The notes beneath the pieces were generated by a model. The model made no database searches and had not been told where the DNA came from. It worked only from the letters and a program-made list of their open reading frames with translations. The translations under genes were made by a program, and so were the position numbers. From an uncultured Lentimicrobiaceae bacterium (GTDB lineage: Bacteria > Bacteroidota > Bacteroidia > Bacteroidales > F082), in the NCBI GenBank assembly GCA_964455635.1, contig CAYVWX010000001.1:1-61861 (forward strand): 61,861 nucleotides of DNA. The letters are read 5' to 3'. Positions within the stretch are counted from its first letter, which is position 1. The number at the start of each line of letters is the position of its first letter. This document shows positions 40,461-50,493 of this stretch, one piece after another.

Positions 40461-43400
40461 CTATTTAATCACCGTTACGGTTCCTTTTTCTTCAATATTT
40501 TTATCCAGCAGCGTGGTGGCATGAATAACATAAACATAAGTGCCGGAAGGAACATTGGCTGCACTCCATCTGTCTTCAAGGCTGTTGGATTCATACAATT
40601 TTTTGCCCCATCTCGAATAAATTTGAAGTTGATAGGTTTTAACCCCGACGCCTTTTACTTCAAAATCGTCGTTTAATCCATCGCCGTTAGGTGTAAATGC
40701 ATTGGGAATAAATACGGCAAAGTCGGGATGAACGGTTATTTCGGCAGCGTAGGTGCTTTCGCAGTCGTGGTCGGTAATAACCGTTAGCAGTACGTTATAA
40801 CTACCTGTAGCGGTATAGGTATGACTCGGATTGACAGCATCGGATGTTGACCCGTCGTTAAAATCCCAGCTGTAATTCAGGCTGTCGGTACTTGTTGAGC
40901 TGTTGCTAAACTGTATGGTGGCCTGGTCTAATACTGTTTCCACCGGATTGGCTGTAAAGTCAGCTGAGGGTGAATCATATACCTTAATATATTCGGTTTT
41001 TTCAACAAACGATTTACAATCGCCATCGCTGGTAACCTGCAACGAAACGGGATAGGTTCCTTCTTTATCAAACGTAATGTCGGGAGCGGGTGCCGTGCTG
41101 GAGCCGGCTGTTCCGAAATGCCAGTCGTAGGTTACAAACCCGCTGGTATTGGTTGTGGTATCGGTAAAGTTTACTTCCAGGGGCTCGCAGCCTTCCAGCG
41201 GATTGGCGCTAAAGCCGGTAACGGGTGTTGGTAATACTTCAACGTTTTGTTGTGCGGTACTGCTGCTGCAGCCTTTATCTTCAACCTGAAGTAAGATTGT
41301 TTTGGTGCCGGTGGTGTCCCATTGCAAATCAATGGGGCCTGCTCCGGAGCCGCTGTTTACCGTTGCACCATCAAAATTCCAATTGTATGTTGCACCGGAT
41401 GATGCATTTCCGGTATATATCACCTGAAAAGGGGCATGCTGGCAAACACGGGAGCCTTCGGCCTGAAAATCAGCTGTTAACTGAGGAATTACTTCAATGG
41501 TTTTGGTAATGGTTGCCGGACAGTCAAATCCCGTGGCAACTGCCGACAGGGTGTATGTTGTGGTAACCTGTGGCGAAACGGTAACGGAAGGGTTGGTTTC
41601 CTGCCCTGTTAAAGAGGGGTCGGCAGGGTTGGCACTCCAGGAAGGAGTAATGTTGTTGCCGACTGCATCAAGTACAACCTGTTCACCGTAACATATGGTG
41701 TCGTTTGAATTTGCGATATCCACAGTGGGTACCGGTTTAACAAACAGATGTACAGAGTCGGTGGCTACACATCCGAAGGTATTGGTTACCTGTACTATAT
41801 AGGTGTATTGTAATTGTTGATCCGGTATAACAACCGGGTTGGCAAGTGTATCTTGTCCGTTGGCAAATAAGGTAGTATCGTATGGCGACGACGACCATAA
41901 ATATTCGTTCCCGCCTGTAGCCTGTAACTGATACGACAATCCTTTACATACATCGCCATCTGTACCGGCATCAGCATTGGGCAGGGCATGTACTACAATG
42001 TTTAACTGGCCTGTGGCCGAAAAACCACAATCGTTAACCAGCGAAATGGTGTAAGTGGTATTTTGCTGCGGATAAACCACAATGGTCTGGTTGGTGTCTT
42101 GTCCTGTTAACGAAGCATCGGGAGGGGAGGCTGACCACTGGAAGGTGGCGGCATCGTTAACCGTAATAACCACCGAATTGCCGACGCATATTTCCTGAGC
42201 GCTGGAAGTAGCATTGGCTACTGCCCCATCCATTAAAACCATGGTTGTGTCTTGTTGCTGATGCGTGCAATTGTCGGAAGCAGTTAAAATATACTCCGTA
42301 GTACTTGTGGGGCTTACGGTCGGTTGTGGAATATTTTGTTGTCCCGATAGCGAAGGGTCGGTTGGATTTGAATCCCAGTAAAAAAACTGAGCCTCGTCGG
42401 AAGCACCCAACAGAGTTATCGAAGGATTGTTGCACAGCTCCTGGTCGGGGCCTGCCGTAACCTGAATTTCTGGTACTACAACTATGGCCGAGTCTTCGGC
42501 CTGATAGCCACAGGTATCATAAACCAGGCAATATACAACAGAAGTGTCGGCTCCTGAAATGATATATTCGTGAGGGTCAGGGTCGAAGGTACCGTCTTCA
42601 AGCCAGTCGAACTTATAAGGGGGAACGCCGCCGGCAATGTCGGCAAAGGTAAGGTTAAGCGTGTCTTCGCATTTTGTGTAATACAGCCTTACCGTATCGG
42701 GAAAAGCAGGATTATCGGCAATAATTATCACTGAAGTGTCTTTATGTGCTGAAAACGAGTTACACATTTGAGGACTGTAAATAATTCTCACATCTTCTTC
42801 GCCTTCAATTTCGCTGTCGGAATAGGGCCTGATGATTACCGAATCGTAAAGTGCTCCCACGGGAATATATACCGAATCGACACCTGTGGTGGTGTAAAGG
42901 CTGTAATCGACATCGCGTGTGGCTGAGCCGGCAACTTCAAAAGGAAAAGTATATGGAAATCCCATGGGTTCGGCAATTCTGAAATATAAAATGGCCAAAT
43001 GGTTGTTGCAGCTTTCGTAAATCAGCGAGTCAACAGTAGGATGGTCAAACTCTACATCACCTACTACGTTTCCCGGGTTAAAGCTGCCCTTTTCAAGCAG
43101 TACACCGGTGTCAAAAGCAGCATCACCGGCATCACCAACCGCCAACTTGATGTGATACCAACTGCATTGTTGCACGGCACTTTTTGCTGTAAAAGGTGTT
43201 GTAAAAGCATCGAATACAATTTTATCGAAAGCAGGATGGAAATCATCGTTAATGCTGTTGTCGTTTAAAAACTGACAGTAGTTGCAGCCGCCGGGATTAC
43301 CTTCACAAACCTGATAGGATGTTCCTCCGGAGGCTCCAAAATTGATGTTGTTGATGGAAACAGCTTGCGTAGTGCCGGGAATCAAAGCAATGTTTTTGGC

Positions 43401-43949
43401 GTTGTTTTGGTATGGACCGTTAATGCCCGGGCCGCTGAGGAAAAACCCGAATACATCGTTGTAGCTAACCAAAACATAATCATGGTATTCTTCCGAAGCA
43501 AAAACATATTTAAAACGAACAGTATCGGCGGTAGGTTTAAAATCGAATTCAATAACGCTGGCGTCATGCGAAGCGTTGGGACTTGCCAGTGTTGACAGGT
43601 CAGGGTCGCCGGGTGTTCCCATATTAGTGTTTGCATTTGCATTGGTTCCACACTGATTGGCTGTGTCAACATCGCCGGCGAGGCCGGAGCTCATTACAAG
43701 GCCTTCAGGAGTTGAAAATCCTAAAAAATATCCTCCGGTAAAATGGCCTACCGAGCGGTAATCGCCGGTAAAAGTAATGTTGTTGATGGCTTGCGGATCA
43801 ACGCCGTCAAGAAAAATGGTGTCAACCCATGCCAGAACTTCAGCATCTGATGTTGCTTCCGTTACTACAAAGTTAAACTGTGCTTTGGCTTGCTGAAAAG
43901 TAAAAAGAGCAACAAAAACAATTGCTGCAAAACGGGAAATCTTTCGCAT
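40461..43949 (-). CDS. large T9SS-secreted surface protein: choice-of-anchor-L N-domain, Ig/PKD-like repeats, type B (gliding-motility) C-terminal sorting domain
   Basis: Signal peptide MRKISRFAAIVFVALFTFQQAKAQ from the ATG at 43949. DASVIEFDFKP..FKYVFASEEYHDYV..NDVFGFFLSGPG block. PKD-like repeats (YNWNFDGA, YDWHFG, YSWDFNDGS). C-terminal FIPNAFTPNGDGLNDDF domain. Confidence 0.8.
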   Translation of the reverse strand: MRKISRFAAIVFVALFTFQQAKAQFNFVVTEATSDAEVLAWVDTIFLDGVDPQAINNITFTGDYRSVGHFTGGYFLGFSTPEGLVMSSGLAGDVDTANQCGTNANANTNMGTPGDPDLSTLASPNASHDASVIEFDFKPTADTVRFKYVFASEEYHDYVLVSYNDVFGFFLSGPGINGPYQNNAKNIALIPGTTQAVSINNINFGASGGTSYQVCEGNPGGCNYCQFLNDNSINDDFHPAFDKIVFDAFTTPFTAKSAVQQCSWYHIKLAVGDAGDAAFDTGVLLEKGSFNPGNVVGDVEFDHPTVDSLIYESCNNHLAILYFRIAEPMGFPYTFPFEVAGSATRDVDYSLYTTTGVDSVYIPVGALYDSVIIRPYSDSEIEGEEDVRIIYSPQMCNSFSAHKDTSVIIIADNPAFPDTVRLYYTKCEDTLNLTFADIAGGVPPYKFDWLEDGTFDPDPHEYIISGADTSVVYCLVYDTCGYQAEDSAIVVVPEIQVTAGPDQELCNNPSITLLGASDEAQFFYWDSNPTDPSLSGQQNIPQPTVSPTSTTEYILTASDNCTHQQQDTTMVLMDGAVANATSSAQEICVGNSVVITVNDAATFQWSASPPDASLTGQDTNQTIVVYPQQNTTYTISLVNDCGFSATGQLNIVVHALPNADAGTDGDVCKGLSYQLQATGGNEYLWSSSPYDTTLFANGQDTLANPVVIPDQQLQYTYIVQVTNTFGCVATDSVHLFVKPVPTVDIANSNDTICYGEQVVLDAVGNNITPSWSANPADPSLTGQETNPSVTVSPQVTTTYTLSAVATGFDCPATITKTIEVIPQLTADFQAEGSRVCQHAPFQVIYTGNASSGATYNWNFDGATVNSGSGAGPIDLQWDTTGTKTILLQVEDKGCSSSTAQQNVEVLPTPVTGFSANPLEGCEPLEVNFTDTTTNTSGFVTYDWHFGTAGSSTAPAPDITFDKEGTYPVSLQVTSDGDCKSFVEKTEYIKVYDSPSADFTANPVETVLDQATIQFSNSSTSTDSLNYSWDFNDGSTSDAVNPSHTYTATGSYNVLLTVITDHDCESTYAAEITVHPDFAVFIPNAFTPNGDGLNDDFEVKGVGVKTYQLQIYSRWGKKLYESNSLEDRWSAANVPSGTYVYVIHATTLLDKNIEEKGTVTVIK

Positions 43950-44035
43950 GATAAAAATGGTTTGGGGCAACAAAGTAAAAAAAATTATTGCACCTCTTTG
44001 ACAGTGGACAGGTTAAATTAGTTGCGTGGGGGTAA

Positions 44036-44161
44036 TTGCTCCCTGCGGTCGCGTCAAATGCTCCCGTTGGTCGCGTCAGTTGCTCCCTGCGGTCGCTGTC
44101 ATTTGCTTCGCTGTCATTTGCTCCCGTTGGTCGCTGTCAATTGCTCCCTGCGGTCGCGTCA
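44036..44161. repeat. second array (six units, one truncated) of the 21-23 bp TTGCTCCC..GGTCGC..GTCA repeat family
   Basis: Hand alignment, same orientation as the 27716-27890 array. It lies in the divergent spacer between the adhesin and peptidase genes. Confidence 0.9.
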
Positions 44162-44234
44162 GTTACTTTTTTTAAGTTTATTCTTTCATTTTATTCTGTA
44201 TATTTACCGAAATCAAAAAAACAAATTGTTGTCT

Positions 44235-45608
44235 ATGGAAAAAGTAAAAGAATACATTGAAAAAAACAAAGAACGTTTTCTAAATGAGCTATTTGAAATA
44301 ATCAGGATTCCTTCCATAAGCTCGCAGGTTGAACACAAATCGGATATGATTCGCACTGCCGAAGCTTATAAATCGGCGTTATTAAAGGCGGGTGTTGACA
44401 AAGCGGTGGTGATGCCCACCGAAGGCAATCCGGTGGTGTATGCCGAAAAAACGGTTGACCCCGCCAAGCCGACAGTATTGGTGTATGCTCATTATGACGT
44501 TATGCCCGTTGACCCCATTGACCTGTGGGATTCGGCGCCGTTTGAACCGGAAATTCGTGACGGGAAAATCTGGGCACGGGGTGCCGATGATGATAAAGGC
44601 CAGGGGTTTATGCATGTTAAGGCTTTTGAGGCACTGGTTGCCAATGGTAAACTTCCGGTAAACGTTAAGTTTATGATTGAAGGTGAAGAGGAGATAGGCT
44701 CGGTGAGTTTGGGGGCTTTTTGTGAGGCGCATAAAGAGATGCTGAATGCCGATATTATTTTGGTTTCGGATACCGGAATGATAGCACCCGATGTTCCTTC
44801 TATCACGACGGGATTGCGCGGTCTTGCCTATTGGGAAGTGGAGGTTACGGGGCCTAACCGCGATTTGCACTCGGGGCTGTTTGGCGGTGCCGTGGCAAAC
44901 CCCATTAATGTATTGGCAAAAATGATTGCACAGGTTACCGACGAAAACAATCATATCACCATTCCCGGTTTTTATGATGATGTGTTGGAGGCTACTGACG
45001 AAGAACGCCGGCTGTTAAACCTTGCACCTTTTAATATAGAGGAGTACAAAAAAGCCATTGGTGTGGATGAGTTAAGTGGCGAAAAAGGATATACTACGTT
45101 GGAACGTACCGGCATTCGTCCCAGTTTTGATGTTTGCGGTATTTGGGGCGGTTATACGGGCGAAGGTGCCAAAACAGTACTTCCTTCAAAAGCTTATGCC
45201 AAAATTTCGTCACGATTGGTACCAAATCAAAATCATGAAAAAATAGCAAAGCTGTTTGAAGAGTATTTTACCGGTATTGCTCCCAAATCGGTAAAAGTTA
45301 AAGTAACCACCCTTCACGGAGGACAGGCCTATGTTTGTCCCATTGATTTGCCGGCGTACAAAGCTGCCGAAAAAGCCTATCATAAAATATATGAAAAAAT
45401 GCCTGTGCCCACACGCAGCGGAGGTAGTATTCCCATTATCTCTACTTTTGAAAATATTTTGGGTATCAAGTCGATACTAATGGGCTTTGGCCTTGAAGAT
45501 GATGCCATTCACTCACCCAATGAAAACTATCCGCTGGAAAACTTTTATAACGGAATAGAAACCATTACCTGGTTTTACCGGTTTTTTGAGGAAGAGTGTA
45601 AACAATAA
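44235..45608 (+). CDS. M20-family metallopeptidase (dipeptidase-like)
   Basis: Start chosen at the ATG at 44235 (MEKVKEYIEKNKERFLNELFEIIRIPSIS). Motifs AHYDVMP, GADDDKG, EGEEEIGS. The upstream in-frame extension is the repeat array. Confidence 0.85.
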   Translation: MEKVKEYIEKNKERFLNELFEIIRIPSISSQVEHKSDMIRTAEAYKSALLKAGVDKAVVMPTEGNPVVYAEKTVDPAKPTVLVYAHYDVMPVDPIDLWDSAPFEPEIRDGKIWARGADDDKGQGFMHVKAFEALVANGKLPVNVKFMIEGEEEIGSVSLGAFCEAHKEMLNADIILVSDTGMIAPDVPSITTGLRGLAYWEVEVTGPNRDLHSGLFGGAVANPINVLAKMIAQVTDENNHITIPGFYDDVLEATDEERRLLNLAPFNIEEYKKAIGVDELSGEKGYTTLERTGIRPSFDVCGIWGGYTGEGAKTVLPSKAYAKISSRLVPNQNHEKIAKLFEEYFTGIAPKSVKVKVTTLHGGQAYVCPIDLPAYKAAEKAYHKIYEKMPVPTRSGGSIPIISTFENILGIKSILMGFGLEDDAIHSPNENYPLENFYNGIETITWFYRFFEEECKQ

Positions 45609-45621
45609 TATTTATTATTTT

Positions 45622-45652
45622 AAAACCGTAATTGATTTATTACGGTTTTTTT
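45622..45652 (+). terminator. rho-independent terminator after the peptidase gene
   Basis: Stem AAAACCGTAAT/ATTACGGTTTT with a 6-nt loop, followed by a T-run. Confidence 0.75.
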
Positions 45653-45687
45653 GATTAATTTTATAGCGAACATTTAAAACCGATTCA

Positions 45688-46599
45688 TTGAAAAACGACA
45701 TTATACTTCAGGTTAACGGATTGTCGAAATCCCTTAAAGGCATGCCGGTACTTTCTGACTTTAACATGGAAATTTTTGAAGGCGATATCTGTGCCGTCAT
45801 AGGCCCTAATGATTCCGGAAAAACCATGTTGCTGCGGGCTATTGCCGCTCTAATCACCCCTGACAAAGGTAAAATTGAAATATTTGGTAAAAAACTTATC
45901 CCCAACAGGGCAGCCATTTTGTCAAAAGTGGGGTTTCTTATCGACGAGCCGGTTTTTTACAACCATCTTACCCTGTTCGATAATCTTTTGTTTTTTTCCA
46001 GATACTCGGGAGGAGAAAAGAATAATGAGGAGATAAACCGCGTGCTGAAGCTGGTGGGACTTTCCGAACAGTCGGATGAACGGGTTGGAAGACTGGCTTC
46101 GGGCGACCGTAAAAAGCTGGCCATTGCCATGGCAATATACAACAATCCACCTTTAATTATTTTGGATGAACCTTTTAGCTCGTTGGATGTAAAAAGCTTT
46201 GGGGAAATTAAAAACCTGCTGAAAAATATAAACAAGGAGTTGGGGACTACTATTGTACTTGCTTCTAAGAGGTTGGCTGAGTTGCAAGGTTTTGTTAACC
46301 GAATTGTGTTGATGGAAGGAGGCCGGTTGATTTCGGAAGGAAATGTTGATGAACTGGAGGGACGCAGCAATGTGGGGCTGGTAATAGAAACGGATAACCC
46401 CGCAAAAGCCCTTACATTGATAAAAGAAAGTGATCTGCCTATTGACAGGGTTACCCTGAAAGACGGACAGGTGAGGGTTGCCTGCGAAAGGAAAGTGATT
46501 CCGTTTATTAATGAGTATTTAATAGTGTCGGAAGTGCAGGTATTTATGTTGCGGCCTGACGATTCAATTTTAAGTTATTATCTCACCTTTACCGAATAA
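45688..46599 (+). CDS. ABC transporter ATP-binding protein with degenerate catalytic motifs
   Basis: 303 aa with a TTG start; no in-frame ATG lies upstream of the conserved N-terminal strand. Walker A GPNDSGKT, Walker B LIILDEP. The Q-loop, signature and H-loop positions read D, LASGD and K. Confidence 0.8.
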   Translation: MKNDIILQVNGLSKSLKGMPVLSDFNMEIFEGDICAVIGPNDSGKTMLLRAIAALITPDKGKIEIFGKKLIPNRAAILSKVGFLIDEPVFYNHLTLFDNLLFFSRYSGGEKNNEEINRVLKLVGLSEQSDERVGRLASGDRKKLAIAMAIYNNPPLIILDEPFSSLDVKSFGEIKNLLKNINKELGTTIVLASKRLAELQGFVNRIVLMEGGRLISEGNVDELEGRSNVGLVIETDNPAKALTLIKESDLPIDRVTLKDGQVRVACERKVIPFINEYLIVSEVQVFMLRPDDSILSYYLTFTE

Positions 46600-47436
46600 A
46601 TGACTATGATGTTACAAGAAATTTATAAAATGTTTGCCCGTCCCTACGCAAAAATTGTTTTGCTGGTCATTTTTATTTTAATGCTGCTTTTTAGTTTTGC
46701 ATTTGCCTTCGAGGGACAGGAATATTACGATTCGCTTTTAAATACCTTTGGAAAAGGGGTGTCGTTTGAAGGCAAACTTATCAATGGAAACCTGTTTGCT
46801 TTTCAGCTGTTCCATGTGTTATGGCTGTTTGTGGCTCTGATGGTTGTTTTTGTTACCGGTGGAATGATTTCGGAAGAAAAAGCCGGGGGAACACTTCGCA
46901 TGGTACTGTCGCGAAAAATTTCAAAAACAGGTTTTTTAACAGCACGCTTTGCCGCTTCGGCATTGTTTGTTTTTATTGTGGTGGCTTTTATGGCGTTACT
47001 CAGCCTTGGGGGAGGATTGGCGCTGTTTGGCAGTGGCGAATTGCTGGCCTTCGACAATGGTAAGTTTTCTGTTTTAACAGCCAATCAGGCGTTGTTGAGT
47101 TTTGGGGTTGCTTACACCTTTTACTTTTTAATACTTTTGACAATAGCAGCACTGTCTATGCTCTTTTCGGTACTTTATAACAACAGTGTCAAGGCGGTTC
47201 TTGTAACGGTTTCGGTAATTGTTACGTTTTATTTTATTTCAACCCTGGAGCTTTCGCTGTTCGATAATGTTAAACCGTTTTTGTTCACCTCTTATTTTTC
47301 GGCGTGGCCGCAGTTTTTTACAACACCTGTGGACTGGATGAAATTAACGTTCGATGCCATTGTATTGGTAGTTCATATTTTGGTGTTCTACATTGCTTCA
47401 GTGATGATTTTTAACAAACAGGAGATTTTAAATTAA
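46600..47436 (+). CDS. ABC-2 type transporter permease
   Basis: 278 aa with six hydrophobic segments. Its ATG immediately follows the ATPase stop codon. Confidence 0.75.
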   Translation: MTMMLQEIYKMFARPYAKIVLLVIFILMLLFSFAFAFEGQEYYDSLLNTFGKGVSFEGKLINGNLFAFQLFHVLWLFVALMVVFVTGGMISEEKAGGTLRMVLSRKISKTGFLTARFAASALFVFIVVAFMALLSLGGGLALFGSGELLAFDNGKFSVLTANQALLSFGVAYTFYFLILLTIAALSMLFSVLYNNSVKAVLVTVSVIVTFYFISTLELSLFDNVKPFLFTSYFSAWPQFFTTPVDWMKLTFDAIVLVVHILVFYIASVMIFNKQEILN

Positions 47437-47437
47437 T

Positions 47438-48118
47438 ATGAAAAAATATTTATTTCATACTATTTTGCTTTTTGTAAGCCTGTTTTGTTCGGCAATGGCT
47501 TTTGCCCAGTCAACCGATGCTTTTTCGTATGTTGAAAAGTACAATCAAAAATTGGATAGCATTAAAAATTATCAGGCGGTTTTTACCGTTACCTCTTCCA
47601 TTCCTTTATTAAAAATACCGGTTACCAAAGGAAAACTGTTTTTTAAGTGGCCGGTTCATTATTCGGTGTCAACCTATCAGTTTACGGTTTTACCCAAACA
47701 GAAATTAACCCCCATAACACGATTTTTAAGCCGTTCTGATTTTAAAGCCGTTGATAAAGGTTTGGAGTTGGTAAATCATTACAATTGCAAGGTTATTGAA
47801 CTGGTTCCATACGATACACTGTCGGAGGTTTCGCAATACACTATCTGGGTTGATACTGTTAATTACATGGTGCGAAGAGTATTTGTTTCGGAAAAAGACG
47901 GTGGCGAATATGTATATCACTACCGGTATAAAAATAGTTCCGATTTATTGCCCTCACGGTTGCTTTATACATTTAATTATACCCTGCCGCATGTGCAAAA
48001 TATTTTGTTAAATCCGGTGGCATTACACAGCAAAGTGGAGAGTTCGAAGGTTTATGAAGGAAAAATAACCATCGACTTTAAATATTCCGGCATCCGGCAT
48101 CTCGGTGACCAAAATTAA
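47438..48118 (+). CDS. secreted hypothetical protein (LolA-like/lipoprotein-sorting fold is only a guess)
   Basis: 226 aa with signal peptide MKKYLFHTILLFVSLFCSAMAFAQ. Starts 1 nt after the permease stop. Confidence 0.4.
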   Translation: MKKYLFHTILLFVSLFCSAMAFAQSTDAFSYVEKYNQKLDSIKNYQAVFTVTSSIPLLKIPVTKGKLFFKWPVHYSVSTYQFTVLPKQKLTPITRFLSRSDFKAVDKGLELVNHYNCKVIELVPYDTLSEVSQYTIWVDTVNYMVRRVFVSEKDGGEYVYHYRYKNSSDLLPSRLLYTFNYTLPHVQNILLNPVALHSKVESSKVYEGKITIDFKYSGIRHLGDQN

Positions 48119-48226
48119 TTGACCCGGAGGCTGTTAACTGTTGTTACTATTTTAGGATGCAAATAGGTGTGAACACAAAAATTATATACGCAAACCATCA
48201 TAATACAAACTATAAACCAATAAGTT

Positions 48227-50317
48227 ATGAAAAATGTAATTATTCTGATTTCCATTATTTTTTCTATGGTGTCAGCCAAGGCACAATCCGAATGGCAAAT
48301 GCTTACGCCATCGCCCACCGTTAATACTTTAATTGGTGATTATTTTCTGTCGGAAGATACGGGGTGGGTGGTAGGCCATGAAGGTCTTATCATGCATACC
48401 ACCGACGGGGGCACTACCTGGGAAACACAGCATCAAAATTCTAATCAATCGTTGTGGAGCATATTTTTTATTGATGACAGCGAAGGCTGGGCAGTAGGTT
48501 GGAGCACTATCTTACATACTACCAATGCAGGCCAGACATGGGAGCCTCAGGTAAAGCCCGCTTATATGACCGATTTAACCGATGTCTATTTTATTAATCA
48601 CGATACGGGATGGATTGTGGGAACCTATAAATATATTTTTAAAACTACCGACGGAGGAAATACCTGGGTAAAAAAGTTGTCGGATTTTTATAGTGATAAA
48701 TCTTTTTGGAGTGTAAGCTTTTGCGACGACATGCATGGTTGCGCCGTGGGCGGAAAGCTGTCGGGTAACGATAACGGACTGCTTATGATTACCAACGACG
48801 GCGGTGAAACATGGATTGACAAAACACCTGAAAATGCCTATGAGTTTAAAAAAGTTACCTTTACAGGTATGGATACGGCCTGGGTGTGCGGCGGCGACGG
48901 CCAGCTGCTTAAAACTGTTGATGGTGGCAACAACTGGATTGATTATCATGTTAATAATTACGATACTTATAACGATATCCATTTTTTTGATGCGCAACAC
49001 GGAGTGGTTTTGCTCTATGGTGAAGTAAAGCAAACCTTTGACGGCGGCCAAACATGGGATTCCACTACTTACATAAACTCCTCTACGTTTCGCGCCTTTG
49101 CCAGCGGAGGTAATAACCATTTGGTGGCCGTGGGCTTTTCAGGGGTTATTCAAAAATCACTGGATGGCGGTTCAACCTGGCAATCACTAAAAAAAGGTGG
49201 CGACTTTCCTTTTAAAAATATTGGCTTTTTCAATGCTCAGGACGGATTAGCAATCGAAGGTTATTCCTATAGCACATCGGATTTGTTGCGCTCCTCCGAC
49301 GGGGGCAATACCTGGGAGCAGGACACGGCTTTGGGTAACGGCCCCTTTTATCAAATGCAGGTACTCGGGCAACAGTGTTTTTTGCTTAACAATCAATCGG
49401 AAATAGTGAAATCGGACGACGGAGGTCAGACATGGACAATAACCGGCGCACCTTTTAATCCATACTATTACGATATGCAATTTACCGACGGCTTTACGGG
49501 TTATTTGTGTGGCGACAGCAGTGTTTTGGTAAAAACTACTGATGGTGGTGTTAATTGGCAAACCGTCAGCTTTAGCAACTATTACAAGTTTACCGGCATG
49601 TTTTTTCTAAACGAAAACAGGGGCTGGCTGATTGATGCCGCCGGTAAAACCATATTACGTACTAAAACAGGGGGCGGCGACTGGTATTTAACGCAACTTG
49701 TTGAAGATGGGTTTGTTTTTAATCCGGTTGATCTCTTTTTTGTAAATCAACAGGTGGGGTATGTTTCTACCGGCGAAGGTGTTTTGTTTAAAACTGTTGA
49801 TGGCGGCGACAACTGGAGTGAGCTTTTTACTTTTGGCGGTTCTCTTTCGTCGAAAATTTGGTTTGTTAACGAGCAGGAAGGATGGTACACTACATCAGCT
49901 AAAGTTTACCATACCTACGACGGAGGGCAAACATGGATTAATCCCGAACATTTTGGTGATGTGTTTATCAGAAATCTTTTCTTTTTTGACAACGGACAGG
50001 GCTGGCTTTGTGGTACACACGGATTGGTGGCCTGGCACAGCTCATGGGTAAATATCAACGAAACTCAGAAACCCGCTCCGGTAGTTAATATTTCGCCTAA
50101 CCCTGCTGTGGGCTCCGTTACGGTAAGCCTTGCCGGCCAAAAAGAGATTAATGCGGTAAAAGTATTTAATATGGCGGGTCAGGAAGTTATAAATCATAGA
50201 GGCTTAAAGGCAACCGGCTCTTATCAGTTTGATGTGGAGAACCTGAAACCGGGCACCTATATAATTAAGGTGTTTTTACAAAACGAAGAGCGTCTTGCAA
50301 AGCTGATAGTTCAGTAG
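48227..50317 (+). CDS. BNR/Ycf48-like beta-propeller repeat protein with T9SS type A C-terminal sorting domain
   Basis: 696 aa. Many SxDxGxTW-type repeats (TTDGGTTWE, TNAGQTWE, TTDGGNTWV, TNDGGETW, SLDGGSTWQ). The C-terminus ISPNPAVGSVTV...GTYIIKV is typical of a Por secretion tail. Confidence 0.75.
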   Translation: MKNVIILISIIFSMVSAKAQSEWQMLTPSPTVNTLIGDYFLSEDTGWVVGHEGLIMHTTDGGTTWETQHQNSNQSLWSIFFIDDSEGWAVGWSTILHTTNAGQTWEPQVKPAYMTDLTDVYFINHDTGWIVGTYKYIFKTTDGGNTWVKKLSDFYSDKSFWSVSFCDDMHGCAVGGKLSGNDNGLLMITNDGGETWIDKTPENAYEFKKVTFTGMDTAWVCGGDGQLLKTVDGGNNWIDYHVNNYDTYNDIHFFDAQHGVVLLYGEVKQTFDGGQTWDSTTYINSSTFRAFASGGNNHLVAVGFSGVIQKSLDGGSTWQSLKKGGDFPFKNIGFFNAQDGLAIEGYSYSTSDLLRSSDGGNTWEQDTALGNGPFYQMQVLGQQCFLLNNQSEIVKSDDGGQTWTITGAPFNPYYYDMQFTDGFTGYLCGDSSVLVKTTDGGVNWQTVSFSNYYKFTGMFFLNENRGWLIDAAGKTILRTKTGGGDWYLTQLVEDGFVFNPVDLFFVNQQVGYVSTGEGVLFKTVDGGDNWSELFTFGGSLSSKIWFVNEQEGWYTTSAKVYHTYDGGQTWINPEHFGDVFIRNLFFFDNGQGWLCGTHGLVAWHSSWVNINETQKPAPVVNISPNPAVGSVTVSLAGQKEINAVKVFNMAGQEVINHRGLKATGSYQFDVENLKPGTYIIKVFLQNEERLAKLIVQ

Positions 50318-50493
50318 CATTTTTAATAATCGCTTGTTTGAAGTTTTTTATATTGCATTTGAAAGAATACCAATTTCATAAATTAATTCACTATAAAACA
50401 CTCATGAATAAGTTTTTAAACACACACGAGGATAATTTTAAATATCGTAAAAACCCTCCCTGTGTACAGATTGAATATAAGTGTTTTACAGAG

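Noticed and set aside
44022-44234. 71-codon N-terminal extension of the M20 peptidase ORF in the track
   Set aside because: The extension is the in-frame read-through of the repeat array and begins at a non-ATG codon. The conserved peptidase N-terminus starts at the ATG at 44235.
45688-47436. Whether the ABC ATPase/permease pair is GldA/GldF of the gliding-motility ABC transporter
   Set aside because: The ATPase motifs are strongly divergent from typical GldA-like sequences. The third gene is a 226-aa secreted protein rather than a large GldG-type protein. No support is available without a search.
3254-49120. Many antisense or shadow ORFs inside long genes, for example 7357-7800 in sprA, 11985-12521 in recF, 19546-20124 in ftsZ, 38120-38620 in tsf/rpsB, 44382-44954 in the peptidase and 48575-49120 in the BNR gene
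   Set aside because: Each lies fully within a confidently assigned gene on the opposite strand or in another frame. Each has low-complexity or atypical composition and no motifs.
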